From Crocinitomicaceae bacterium (GTDB lineage Bacteria > Bacteroidota > Bacteroidia > Flavobacteriales_D > Crocinitomicaceae), in contig CBFIBY010000004.1 in NCBI GenBank assembly GCA_965660955.1, positions 1 to 44,475 on the forward strand: a stretch of 44,475 nt of DNA. The letters are read 5' to 3'. Of this stretch, positions 35,433 to 44,167 are shown one piece after another. Every line of letters starts with the position of its first letter. The first letter of the stretch is position 1. The notes under the pieces are model-generated. The model worked only from the letters and a program-made list of their open reading frames with translations. It was not told where the DNA came from and made no database searches. Position numbers and translations under genes: made by a program.

Positions 35433-36356
35433 ATGATTAAATTATCACAGAATATCCTTTTATTTAGCGTCCTATTTTTGCTTTCCTGCAACCAGGTAGA
35501 AGGACAAAAGGAAACAGAAGAGAAACGTTCAATTCCCGATGCCTCTCATTTTCAAATGCCACCAACGCCAGATTCAATGACTTTCGCAGGAGAACGTATT
35601 GATTTAACGGATTGGGATATCAAAGAAAGGTTAGACAAAGAATTGCACGCAATTGTATATTACCACAATTTAATCATTCCGAATTTCAAACGTGCCAATC
35701 GCTACTTCCCGCTCATGGAAAAAGTTATGGCGGAAAACAATCTCCCCGATGACTTCAAGTATTTGGCGGTTATTGAGTCAGGTTTGCAGAATGTAACAAG
35801 TCCTTCAGGAGCGCAAGGTTTTTGGCAATTTATGTCGTTCACAGGGAAAGAATTTGGTATGACAATCAACTCCTACATCGACGAGCGGAATAATTTGACA
35901 CAGAGCACGGCCGCAGCTGCGAAATATCTGATAGAAATGAAAGATAGTGTTGGCGGTTGGATTGATGCTGCAGCTTCATTTAATCGAGGTCCAGCTGGAT
36001 TTAAAAAAGATAAAAGATGGCAAAAATCAGCCAGTTATTTTGATACCTATCTGAACGGTGAAACTTCGCGCTACGTATTCCGGATTTTAGCGATGAAATT
36101 GATATTTGAGAACCCAGAAAAATACGGTTACGATTTAAGTAAAATAGAATTGTACGAGCCATATTCGACAAAAGAAGAAATCGTTAAAGGAGGAATTAGC
36201 AATGTGGCTATTTGGGCAAAACAAAAAGGATTCAATTATAAGATTGTTGTGAAACTGAATCCTTGGATTATCGGAAATTCCTTGCCAAATCGAACAGAAG
36301 GATATATCATTTTGTTACCAGCAGACGAAACTCAAATGCGCAATATCAAAAATTAA
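35433..36356 (+). CDS. Lytic transglycosylase (SLT domain, MltD-like) lipoprotein
   Basis: ATG 35433 gives MIKLSQNILLFSVLFLLSCNQ (lipobox). The catalytic region is LAVIESGLQNVTSPSGAQGFWQFM, followed by AAAKYL. Confidence 0.75.
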   Translation: MIKLSQNILLFSVLFLLSCNQVEGQKETEEKRSIPDASHFQMPPTPDSMTFAGERIDLTDWDIKERLDKELHAIVYYHNLIIPNFKRANRYFPLMEKVMAENNLPDDFKYLAVIESGLQNVTSPSGAQGFWQFMSFTGKEFGMTINSYIDERNNLTQSTAAAAKYLIEMKDSVGGWIDAAASFNRGPAGFKKDKRWQKSASYFDTYLNGETSRYVFRILAMKLIFENPEKYGYDLSKIELYEPYSTKEEIVKGGISNVAIWAKQKGFNYKIVVKLNPWIIGNSLPNRTEGYIILLPADETQMRNIKN

Positions 36357-36358
36357 GA

Positions 36359-39163
36359 ATGGCGAATAAAGCACCCTCAATTGACGTTTACGGAGCAAAA
36401 GAGCATAATTTAAAGAACATTGATATTTCTTTACCCAGAAACGAATTGGTCGTTTTTACGGGTTTGAGTGGAAGTGGAAAATCTTCCTTGGCTTTTGATA
36501 CTATTTTCGCGGAGGGTCAGCGCCGATATATAGAAACATTTTCTTCGTACGCACGTCAGTTTTTAGGCGGCTTGGAACGTCCAGATGTTGATAAAATTGA
36601 AGGATTGAGCCCTGTAATCGCTATTGAACAAAAAACGATTTCAAGAAGTCCACGTTCAACGGTTGGAACGATCACCGAGATATATGATTTTCTTCGTTTG
36701 TTGTATGCTCGAGTTGGTGACGCCTATTCTTACAACACAGGTGAAAAGATGGTCAAGTATTCCGACGATCAAATTGTTGATTTAATTATCGAACAATATC
36801 ACGGGAAAAGGGCTGCATTTCTCGCACCAAAAATCAAAGGAAGAAAGGGACATTATCGAGAATTATTTGAGCAGATGTTCAAAATGGGCTTCACCAAAGT
36901 GCGGGTAGATGGTGAAGTAATTCCTATCGAAAAAGGCATGCGCTTGGACCGATACAAAGTCCATGATATTGAAATGGTTGTCGATCGACTACCCATTGTT
37001 AAAAAAGATAGAAAACGCATATACGACTCTGTTCTTACAACCATGAAACATGGAGGGAAAGCCATGATGGTATTGGATTTAGACACAAATGACGCACGGC
37101 ATTTCAGTCGAACGTTAATGTGTCCAACCACTGGAATTTCCTATCCAGAGCCAGAACCCAGTTTGTTTTCCTTCAATTCACCATATGGAGCTTGTCCAAA
37201 ATGCAGTGGATTGGGCGAAGTGGCAGAAGCAGATTTAGACAAAATTATTCCCAATAAAGAAAAGTCGATTAAAAAAGGAGGATTAGAACCTCTTGGTGAA
37301 TACAAACGCACATGGATTTTCGAGAAAATAGAATCGTACCTGCGTAGCGAAGATTATTCGATTACAACACCACTAAAAGATATTCCCGAGGAAATTATCA
37401 ATGTATTATTATATGGAAACGATGGCATTGAACGATCCAAAAAACAGGCGTTTGTCGCCTTTGAAGGAATAGTAAATTTCATGTCTCGTCATGCGGAGGA
37501 TAGTTCCGCTGGAATTCAACGCTGGGCGCAAAGTTTCATGAACAAAGTTACGTGCTCGTCTTGCGAAGGAACTCGCTTGAAAAAAGAATCGCTTCATTTC
37601 AAAATTAACCAAAAACATATCGGAGAACTAGCCGCAATGGATTTGAGTGAATTGGCGGAGTTTTTTGAAGAGGTTCCCAAGAAATTGAACAAAGATCAAA
37701 TGATGATCGGAACTGAGATTTTGAAAGAAATCAATTCGCGATTGAAGTTTATCTTGGAAGTAGGATTGAATTATTTGACTTTACATCGTTCGGCTAAAAC
37801 TTTATCAGGAGGCGAAGCGCAGCGCATTCGTCTGGCGAATCAAATTGGCTCTGAGTTGATGAATGTTTTGTACGTACTGGATGAGCCGAGCATAGGTTTG
37901 CACCAACGCGACAATACCCGCTTGATCAATTCACTTTTGGCTTTGCGCGATGCAGGTAATTCTGTTATTGTTGTTGAACATGACAAAGAAATCATGGAAA
38001 AAGCCGATTTCATTGTCGATATTGGACCAGGAGCTGGTAAGCATGGTGGTGAAATTGTAACGGCTGCAACCTATGCCGATTTGATTTCCAATGATTCAAT
38101 GACCACGAAATATCTTCGAGGAGAAGTGAAAATTGAGATACCCAAAAAACGCCGAAAAGGAAATGGGAAGAAACTTTCTTTGCTTGGGGCTTCGGGTCAC
38201 AATCTTCAAAATGTGGACATGCACATTCCATTGGGAACATTCACGTGTGTCACAGGTGTTTCAGGAAGTGGAAAGTCGTCTTTGGTGAATCAAACCTTGT
38301 ATCCGATTCTCTTAGCTGAAATCTATCGAGGCGTGCGAAAACCTTTGCCATACAAGAAAATAAAAGGCATAGAAAATATCGATAAAATCATTGAGATAGA
38401 TCAAAGTCCGATTGGTCGTACGCCGCGTTCCAATCCAGCGACGTACACCAAAGTTTTCGATGAGATTAGAAGTCTGTTCGCCAGTTTACCTGAAGCACAA
38501 ATTCGAGGTTACAAAGCGGGTCGATTCTCATTCAACGTAAAAGGTGGGCGTTGCGAAACATGTCGTGGGGGAGGTTTGAAGGTCGTTGAAATGAACTTTC
38601 TACCAGATGTTTATGTCGAATGCGAAACGTGTAACGGAAAACGGTACAACGATGAAACGCTAGAAGTTCGATACCGTGGAAAATCTATTTCGGATGTATT
38701 GTCCATGACCATAAATGAAGGCGCAAAATTCTTTGTGAAGATTCCAAAAATTAGTCGTGTGCTTGAAACTTTAGTTTCTGTCGGGATGGGATATGTTCAT
38801 TTGGGACAATCTTCTACTACTTTGTCAGGAGGAGAAGCACAACGCGTCAAATTGTCTTCCGAACTTTCGAAACGAAGCACAGGAAATACGATGTACATTT
38901 TAGATGAACCTTCCACAGGATTGCATTTTGAGGACATTCGTGTACTATTGGAAGTGCTTCAACGATTAGCTGATGAAGGAAATACCGTTCTTGTCATTGA
39001 GCATAACCTAGACATCGTCAAAGTTGCGGATTATATCATTGATGTCGGTCCCGAAGGCGGCAAAGGCGGTGGTAAAATCATTGCAGAAGGAACGCCTGAG
39101 CAAGTGGTGAAGAAATTTGAGAAAGTTTCGCACACGGCGAGGTACTTGAAGGAGGAGTTGTAA
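36359..39163 (+). CDS. uvrA: Excinuclease ABC subunit UvrA
   Basis: ATG 36359 gives MANKAPSIDVYGAKEHNLKNI. Two ABC modules are present (GLSGSGKSS and GVSGSGKSS; LSGGEAQR twice). The Zn modules are CPKCSGLG, CSSCEGTR, and CETCRGGG...CETCNG. Confidence 0.95.
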   Translation: MANKAPSIDVYGAKEHNLKNIDISLPRNELVVFTGLSGSGKSSLAFDTIFAEGQRRYIETFSSYARQFLGGLERPDVDKIEGLSPVIAIEQKTISRSPRSTVGTITEIYDFLRLLYARVGDAYSYNTGEKMVKYSDDQIVDLIIEQYHGKRAAFLAPKIKGRKGHYRELFEQMFKMGFTKVRVDGEVIPIEKGMRLDRYKVHDIEMVVDRLPIVKKDRKRIYDSVLTTMKHGGKAMMVLDLDTNDARHFSRTLMCPTTGISYPEPEPSLFSFNSPYGACPKCSGLGEVAEADLDKIIPNKEKSIKKGGLEPLGEYKRTWIFEKIESYLRSEDYSITTPLKDIPEEIINVLLYGNDGIERSKKQAFVAFEGIVNFMSRHAEDSSAGIQRWAQSFMNKVTCSSCEGTRLKKESLHFKINQKHIGELAAMDLSELAEFFEEVPKKLNKDQMMIGTEILKEINSRLKFILEVGLNYLTLHRSAKTLSGGEAQRIRLANQIGSELMNVLYVLDEPSIGLHQRDNTRLINSLLALRDAGNSVIVVEHDKEIMEKADFIVDIGPGAGKHGGEIVTAATYADLISNDSMTTKYLRGEVKIEIPKKRRKGNGKKLSLLGASGHNLQNVDMHIPLGTFTCVTGVSGSGKSSLVNQTLYPILLAEIYRGVRKPLPYKKIKGIENIDKIIEIDQSPIGRTPRSNPATYTKVFDEIRSLFASLPEAQIRGYKAGRFSFNVKGGRCETCRGGGLKVVEMNFLPDVYVECETCNGKRYNDETLEVRYRGKSISDVLSMTINEGAKFFVKIPKISRVLETLVSVGMGYVHLGQSSTTLSGGEAQRVKLSSELSKRSTGNTMYILDEPSTGLHFEDIRVLLEVLQRLADEGNTVLVIEHNLDIVKVADYIIDVGPEGGKGGGKIIAEGTPEQVVKKFEKVSHTARYLKEEL

Positions 39164-39167
39164 TCTA

Positions 39168-40409
39168 TTACTCGAACTTCTTAAAAATAATACTCGCAAT
39201 ATGTCCTCCAAACCCAAATGTATTGCTCATCGCAAAGGTCATTTCTTTTGGCTTCGCAATTCCCATTGGGAAATCAAAAGAGTCGGCGAATTCTGGTTCG
39301 ATGTTTTCTGTATTGATGGTCGGAGGAATCATTCCCTCTTGAAGCGCCATGATACAAGCTATACCTTCAATAGCTCCTGCTGCGCCTAACAAGTGACCTG
39401 TCATGGATTTAGTGGCAGAAATACTCAAGTCTTTGTGGTCACCGAAAACGCGTTGTGCTGCTTTTAGTTCAGAGATATCGCCCACTGGAGTTGATGTGGC
39501 GTGCATGTTGATGTAATCAATTTCTTTCGCTGAAATTCCAGCTTCGCGAAGTGCTTCGTTCATGCCTAAAACGGCTCCGTCACCTTCTGGATGCGTTCCT
39601 GTCAAATGATAGGCATCTGCCGCCATTCCACCTCCTACAACTTCTCCGTAGATGGTTGCACCTCGTTTTTTAGCATGTTCGTATTCTTCTAGAATTACAG
39701 CTCCAGCGCCTTCTCCCATGACAAATCCATCGCGATCGACATCAAATGGACGAGAAGCTTTTTCTGGAGTATCGTTCATTTTGGATAATGCCTGAGCAGA
39801 GGAAAATCCACCCATAGCTGAACGCGTAATTGCGGCCTCCGAACCACCAGTAACGATCATGTCGGCTTTGTCCCACTTTATGTAATTGAACGCTTCTATC
39901 ATCGCTGTATTAGAAGTCGCACATGCAGAAACAGGGCAGAAATTTACACCACGCAGTCCATATTTGATAGAAATAATACCAGAGGCAATATCGACCAAAA
40001 TTCTGGGGATAAAGAAGGGAGAAAATCGGGGAGTTTCATCACCGGCGCTGAATTCTGTCATGGAATCTTCAAAAGAGGTAATACCACCATTTCCTGAACC
40101 CCAAATAACCCCAATTCGATCTTTATTTAGTGTTTCGAAGTCAATTTTGCCATGTTGGACTGCCTCGTCCACGGCTACAAGAGCATATTGCGAAAACAAG
40201 TCGTATTTTCGAATTTCTTTGACGTGAAAATGATCTTTGGGATCATAACCTTCTAACTCGCAGGCAAACTTCGTTTTGAAAAGTTCGGTGTCAAATTTTG
40301 TTATTGGACGAGCACCTGAGACACCTTTTTTGAGATTTGACCAATACGTTTCTACGTTATTTCCGATTGGCGTCAATGCACCCATTCCTGTGATTACAAC
40401 TCTTCTCAT
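39168..40409 (-). CDS. fabF: 3-oxoacyl-ACP synthase II
   Basis: ATG 40409 gives MRRVVITGMGALTPIGN. The active-site Cys lies in PVSACATS. The His residues lie in NMHATSTPVGD and TGHLLGAAG. The C-terminus reads SNTFGFGGH. Confidence 0.92.
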   Translation of the reverse strand: MRRVVITGMGALTPIGNNVETYWSNLKKGVSGARPITKFDTELFKTKFACELEGYDPKDHFHVKEIRKYDLFSQYALVAVDEAVQHGKIDFETLNKDRIGVIWGSGNGGITSFEDSMTEFSAGDETPRFSPFFIPRILVDIASGIISIKYGLRGVNFCPVSACATSNTAMIEAFNYIKWDKADMIVTGGSEAAITRSAMGGFSSAQALSKMNDTPEKASRPFDVDRDGFVMGEGAGAVILEEYEHAKKRGATIYGEVVGGGMAADAYHLTGTHPEGDGAVLGMNEALREAGISAKEIDYINMHATSTPVGDISELKAAQRVFGDHKDLSISATKSMTGHLLGAAGAIEGIACIMALQEGMIPPTINTENIEPEFADSFDFPMGIAKPKEMTFAMSNTFGFGGHIASIIFKKFE

Positions 40410-40421
40410 TTTAATCAGAAT

Positions 40422-40487
40422 AGAGAACAGAGAGTAAAGAACAGAGTTTGAAGCTTTCACTACTCTTTGTTCTCTACTCTCTGCTCT
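40422..40487 (-). terminator. Long imperfect inverted repeat (about 22 paired positions) between the DUF59 gene and fabF
   Basis: The arms are agagaacagagagtaaagaacagagt (40422..40447) and actctttgttctctactctctgctct (40462..40487), with a 14-nt loop. It starts 5 nt after the DUF59 stop. There is no clear U-tract on the minus strand, so its role as terminator or regulator is uncertain. Confidence 0.4.
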
Positions 40488-40491
40488 GTTT

Positions 40492-40797
40492 TTACAAAAA
40501 TCCTAGCTCTAGCTTTGCTTCTTCGCTCATCATGTCCTTGTCCCACGGCGGGTCAAATACGATGTTTACTTTCGACGATTTCACTTCTTCAATTTCCGCT
40601 ACTTTATCTTCAACCTCTTTTGGCATAGATTCAGCAACAGGACAGTTTGGTGATGTCAAAGTCATTTCAATTTCTACGTTTTTATCCGCATCTATTTTAA
40701 CTTCATAAATCAAACCCAATTCATATACATCCACAGGAATCTCTGGGTCATAAATCGTTTTGAGAACGTCAACAATGGTGTTTTCTAGTTCAATCAT
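40492..40797 (-). CDS. DUF59 (SufT/PaaD-like) Fe-S assembly protein
   Basis: 101 aa with the blocks IYDPEIPVDVYELGLIY and MTLTSPNCPVAE. Confidence 0.85.
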   Translation of the reverse strand: MIELENTIVDVLKTIYDPEIPVDVYELGLIYEVKIDADKNVEIEMTLTSPNCPVAESMPKEVEDKVAEIEEVKSSKVNIVFDPPWDKDMMSEEAKLELGFL

Positions 40798-40798
40798 G

Positions 40799-41215
40799 TT
40801 ACTTCGTAAGTTGCGTTAATGCAGACATTTTAATCTTCTTTACCATACTTGCCAAACCATTTGATCGGGTAGGCGAGAGGTGTTCGTGTAAACCAATTTC
40901 TTCTATGAAATGCATATCCGATTTGGCAATGGCCTCTGGAGTTTCGTCATCCAAAACACGAATCAATAAACCAATTATTCCTTTGGTGATAATGGCGTCT
41001 GAATCCGCTGAGAAATGCATCTTTTCTCCATCAAAATTATTTGCCAACCACACGCGGGATTGACAACCTTCAATCAGACGGTCATCCGTTTTCAAGTTCT
41101 CATCGATTTTAGGTAATTCTTTCCCTAATTCAATGATGTATTCGTATTTGTCCATCCAATCGTCGTAGATAGCAAAATCATCAATTATTTCTTGTTGTTT
41201 TTCTTCTAAGGTCAT
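40799..41215 (-). CDS. sufE: SufE-family sulfur acceptor
   Basis: 138 aa with the blocks YEYIIELGK, the conserved Cys in IEGCQSRVW, and SDAIITKGI. Confidence 0.88.
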   Translation of the reverse strand: MTLEEKQQEIIDDFAIYDDWMDKYEYIIELGKELPKIDENLKTDDRLIEGCQSRVWLANNFDGEKMHFSADSDAIITKGIIGLLIRVLDDETPEAIAKSDMHFIEEIGLHEHLSPTRSNGLASMVKKIKMSALTQLTK

Positions 41216-41219
41216 ATTG

Positions 41220-42455
41220 TTAGGCTAACATGGAGATTGATTTTTCAACCGCTGCAATGAAAATGTCAATTTCCTCTTTGGTATTGTAAAACGCAAAACT
41301 AGCACGCGTTGTTCCTGGAATTTTGTAGAAATCCATCAAAGGTTGTGTGCAATGATGTCCTGTTCGAACAGCGATACCTTGCTTGTCCAAAAGTGTTCCA
41401 ATATCAAAAGGGTGAATGCCGTCCACTGTGAAGCTCACAACACTTGTTTTGGCCTTAGCTTTTCCTATTATGTTCAAACCTTCGAAAGTTTCCAATAAAT
41501 TTTGCGCATAATCGGCCAATTCTTCTTCGTAAGCAACCACCGCTTCCATATCCAAAGTGTTCAGAAACTCGAATGCTTTTCCCAAACAAATAGCGCCGGC
41601 AATGTGAGGTGTTCCTGCTTCAAACTTGAAGGGTAACTCATTGTAGGTGGTTTTATCAAACGTCACTTTTGCAATCATATCACCACCACCTTGATATGGA
41701 GGCATTGCTTTTAGAATCTCTTCTTTACCATACAAAACACCTATTCCCGTAGGACCAAATACTTTATGTCCAGAAAAGACAAAGAAATCGCAATTTAATT
41801 GTTGAACATCAATTTTTTTGTGTTGTATACTTTGTGCCCCGTCGATTAAGACTTTTGCACCCACTCTATGCGCTTTCTCTGTCATGCTTCGAACAGGGTT
41901 AATCGTTCCAAGTGTGTTTGAAATATGCGTAATCGCAACAAGTTTTGTGTTTTTAGTCAACAAAGCTTCATATTCGGCTTGAATGATTTCTCCATCTTCG
42001 TTGATTGGAATGATTTTCAAAACACATCCTTTTCGTTCGCAAAGCATTTGCCATGGAACGATATTCGAGTGGTGTTCCATTGCGGAAATCATAATTTCGT
42101 CTCCTTGGTGAAGTGTATCTCCGAAGGAATTGGCTACAAGGTTGATAGCGTCCGTAGTTCCTTTCGTGAAAATTACCTCATGCGAATGTTGTGCTTTGAT
42201 GTATTCCTGAATTGTTTTGCGCGCCTCTTCGTATTGTGAAGTAGCAATTTGACTCAAATGGTGCACACCACGATGAATATTAGCATTATCCTTTGCGTAG
42301 TACTGATCAATTGCGTCGATAACGACTTGCGGTTTTTGGGATGTCGCACCATTATCAAAGTAGATTAGGTTTTTCCCATAAACTTGTTGACGAAGAGCCG
42401 GGAACTGTTCCCGAATTTCGTTGACTTTGAATTTTTTCGTTGGTATGACTTCCAT
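41220..42455 (-). CDS. sufS: Cysteine desulfurase SufS (class V aminotransferase, group II)
   Basis: ATG 42455 (MEVIPTKK) is preferred over TTG 42464. The blocks IYFDNGATSQKP and ANIHRGVHHLS are present. The PLP Lys lies in SGHKVFGPTGIG and the catalytic Cys in RTGHHCTQP. Confidence 0.92.
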   Translation of the reverse strand: MEVIPTKKFKVNEIREQFPALRQQVYGKNLIYFDNGATSQKPQVVIDAIDQYYAKDNANIHRGVHHLSQIATSQYEEARKTIQEYIKAQHSHEVIFTKGTTDAINLVANSFGDTLHQGDEIMISAMEHHSNIVPWQMLCERKGCVLKIIPINEDGEIIQAEYEALLTKNTKLVAITHISNTLGTINPVRSMTEKAHRVGAKVLIDGAQSIQHKKIDVQQLNCDFFVFSGHKVFGPTGIGVLYGKEEILKAMPPYQGGGDMIAKVTFDKTTYNELPFKFEAGTPHIAGAICLGKAFEFLNTLDMEAVVAYEEELADYAQNLLETFEGLNIIGKAKAKTSVVSFTVDGIHPFDIGTLLDKQGIAVRTGHHCTQPLMDFYKIPGTTRASFAFYNTKEEIDIFIAAVEKSISMLA

Positions 42456-42508
42456 TTGGTGCAAAGATACGAATAAAGGTTATTTTGAATGATTCTAAAC
42501 AATAAGAA

Positions 42509-42832
42509 TTATAGATAAACTTTTTCCTCAAGAATTTCGATTAATTCCGATTGAAAATAAGTGTATCGATCTTCGATTCTCAAGACACTAATTTGTTTCT
42601 TTTCTTTTAATAATTTCTGCGCAAACTTCTTGTGTTTGCCTTCCATTACGAATATAACGTCCGCCCATACTAAATGTTCAGTAGTTAGGAAATCTGTTCC
42701 CAACTGAAAGCAGATTTTCTGATTGGTTCCGGCGGAATCGAATTGATGTTTAGGAAATTTTTCGCGGAAGTAGTCTGCAGCAGTGGCAGATCTATCTTTA
42801 TTGGCTGAACAGATAAATAAAATTTTCTTCAT
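42509..42832 (-). CDS. Short low-molecular-weight phosphotyrosine phosphatase / ArsC-like protein
   Basis: 107 aa. The N-terminal P-loop ILFICSANKDRS matches CX5R(S/T). It is about 40 aa shorter than canonical LMW-PTPs. IEDRY may correspond to the DP loop. Confidence 0.6.
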   Translation of the reverse strand: MKKILFICSANKDRSATAADYFREKFPKHQFDSAGTNQKICFQLGTDFLTTEHLVWADVIFVMEGKHKKFAQKLLKEKKQISVLRIEDRYTYFQSELIEILEEKVYL

Positions 42833-42841
42833 CCGTTCGTT

Positions 42842-43645
42842 TTAAATTTTATTGACGTAGATTTCAACCCGTCTGTCTTTGTAATCACCTTCTCCAAGAG
42901 GGAATTCTGCTTTCATTCCAGAATAGTTTAAACGATCTTCCTCAATTCCATTTTCGATTAAAAAATTGTAGATGACGGCCGCTCTTGCTTCCGATAAATT
43001 TCGGATGCCCGTTTCAAAATCCATGGCATCTTGATTGATTTGTAGGCAACATACGTGACCCAGTAATGTGATTTGGAAATCCTCATGTTCTCTAAGATAA
43101 AACAATAGGTAAGACATGGTTTGGAAGGATTCAGGCAACAATTTGTGACTTCCCGTTTTGAAATGAACACTTGGTAGAACGTATAAATCTCCTACTTTTG
43201 GTGGGTCTTTGAAGAGAATATCTTGGTTGGAAAATTGATTGAGTTCAATGATTAATTCTACTCTTCGGTTGAACTTTCTTTGTTCTTCAGCCGATAATTC
43301 ACTTTCTTCTTCCAACGGAATAATGCCGGCACCTTCAATTTCAACAACCCGGTGCATTGGAAAACTGAGATTCTTCAAAAACATTAGAATCGATCCAGCT
43401 CTATCTTCAGATAATTTTTCATTTAAACCCTTTGAACCTGTGTCATCCGTATAACCGACAATGGAAATAGAAAATATGTGCACTTTTGGAATTGTGTCCA
43501 AATACTTCACCAAGCCCTGCAGTTGAAGATTGTCAATTTTGGATGAATTCACATCAAAAAACACGGTAAACTTCGTATTCGTCTGAGCATAAGAAGCCAT
43601 GCTGATAAAAAAGCTGAGTTGAAATAAGAATATGAGCCTGAGCAT
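42842..43645 (-). CDS. Secreted protein with two OmpA_C-like (peptidoglycan-binding) domains
   Basis: It has a signal peptide (...SMASYAQ). Domain 1 reads IVGYTDDTGSKGLNEKLSEDRAGSILMFL ... NRRVELII. Domain 2 reads LLGHVCC ... NLSEARAAVIYNFLIENGIEEDRL ... DRRVEIYV. Confidence 0.72.
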   Translation of the reverse strand: MLRLIFLFQLSFFISMASYAQTNTKFTVFFDVNSSKIDNLQLQGLVKYLDTIPKVHIFSISIVGYTDDTGSKGLNEKLSEDRAGSILMFLKNLSFPMHRVVEIEGAGIIPLEEESELSAEEQRKFNRRVELIIELNQFSNQDILFKDPPKVGDLYVLPSVHFKTGSHKLLPESFQTMSYLLFYLREHEDFQITLLGHVCCLQINQDAMDFETGIRNLSEARAAVIYNFLIENGIEEDRLNYSGMKAEFPLGEGDYKDRRVEIYVNKI

Positions 43646-43680
43646 TCGTATTCTGGCAAGAGGTTTATATTGTAAAAGTT

Positions 43681-43700
43681 TATCGAATTTAAGTTCGATA
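43681..43700 (-). terminator. Short hairpin downstream of the T9SS-CTD gene
   Basis: The sequence tatcgaa-tttaag-ttcgata forms a stem of 7-8 bp. On the minus strand it is followed by ACTTTTACA. The signal is weak. Confidence 0.25.
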
Positions 43701-43754
43701 AGGAGTGATGAAGGTACGAAAGTTGGCGTAATTAGCCAAAACCGACTTTTAGAT

Positions 43755-44132
43755 TTATCGGATATAGATTTGGCCGTTGCTCTTTCGCACGTTTACACTA
43801 CCTTCTTCTTTGTATTCGAGACGCCAATAGTACAGTCCCTTCTGGAATTTCTCGGCTCCCAATTGTTTGCGCTTCCCTTTCATGCGTGCATGGATATCGA
43901 AATCAAGGGGGAAAGTGAGAATTTTTGTTTCATAAAGCAAGTTTCCCCATCGATTGTATATTTTAAAGTTAAATTCAGAAACTGGACAGTCTATTGAAAC
44001 GGTTAAAGTCTCCTTGTTTTTCTTCACCAAGGTTCGAGGAACAACAATATGACAAGAATCTCCTGTGTTTTCAGTTTGAGCGAAACTTACACCTGGCAGA
44101 AACACAAGCAGAAATAGAATAATTCGATGCAT
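43755..44132 (-). CDS. Very small secreted protein consisting essentially of a T9SS type-B (gliding-motility-associated) C-terminal domain
   Basis: ATG 44132 gives the signal peptide MHRIILFLLVFLPGVSFAQ. The sequence FKIYNRWGNLLYE ... GLYYWRLEY ... NGQIYIR matches the hallmark IYNRWG / Y-Y / terminal strand pattern of the CHU_C-type CTD. Confidence 0.6.
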   Translation of the reverse strand: MHRIILFLLVFLPGVSFAQTENTGDSCHIVVPRTLVKKNKETLTVSIDCPVSEFNFKIYNRWGNLLYETKILTFPLDFDIHARMKGKRKQLGAEKFQKGLYYWRLEYKEEGSVNVRKSNGQIYIR

Positions 44133-44167
44133 ATTTATCTTTTTTAGGTTATTGAAAATAAGGTACC

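Noticed and set aside
36263-36358. 32-codon N-terminal extension of uvrA in the ORF track (start 36263), overlapping the transglycosylase gene
   Set aside because: The UvrA family N-terminus (MANKAPSIDVYGAKEHNLKNI) begins at ATG 36359, 2 nt after the upstream stop. The extension has no homology-like features. I trimmed similar upstream extensions for the EF-hand gene (3996 to 3948), batA (9898 to 9844), the Zn-ribbon gene (12756 to 12801), crcB (25006 to 25072), fabF (40460 to 40409), the transglycosylase (35346 to 35433) and the T9SS-CTD gene (44171 to 44132).
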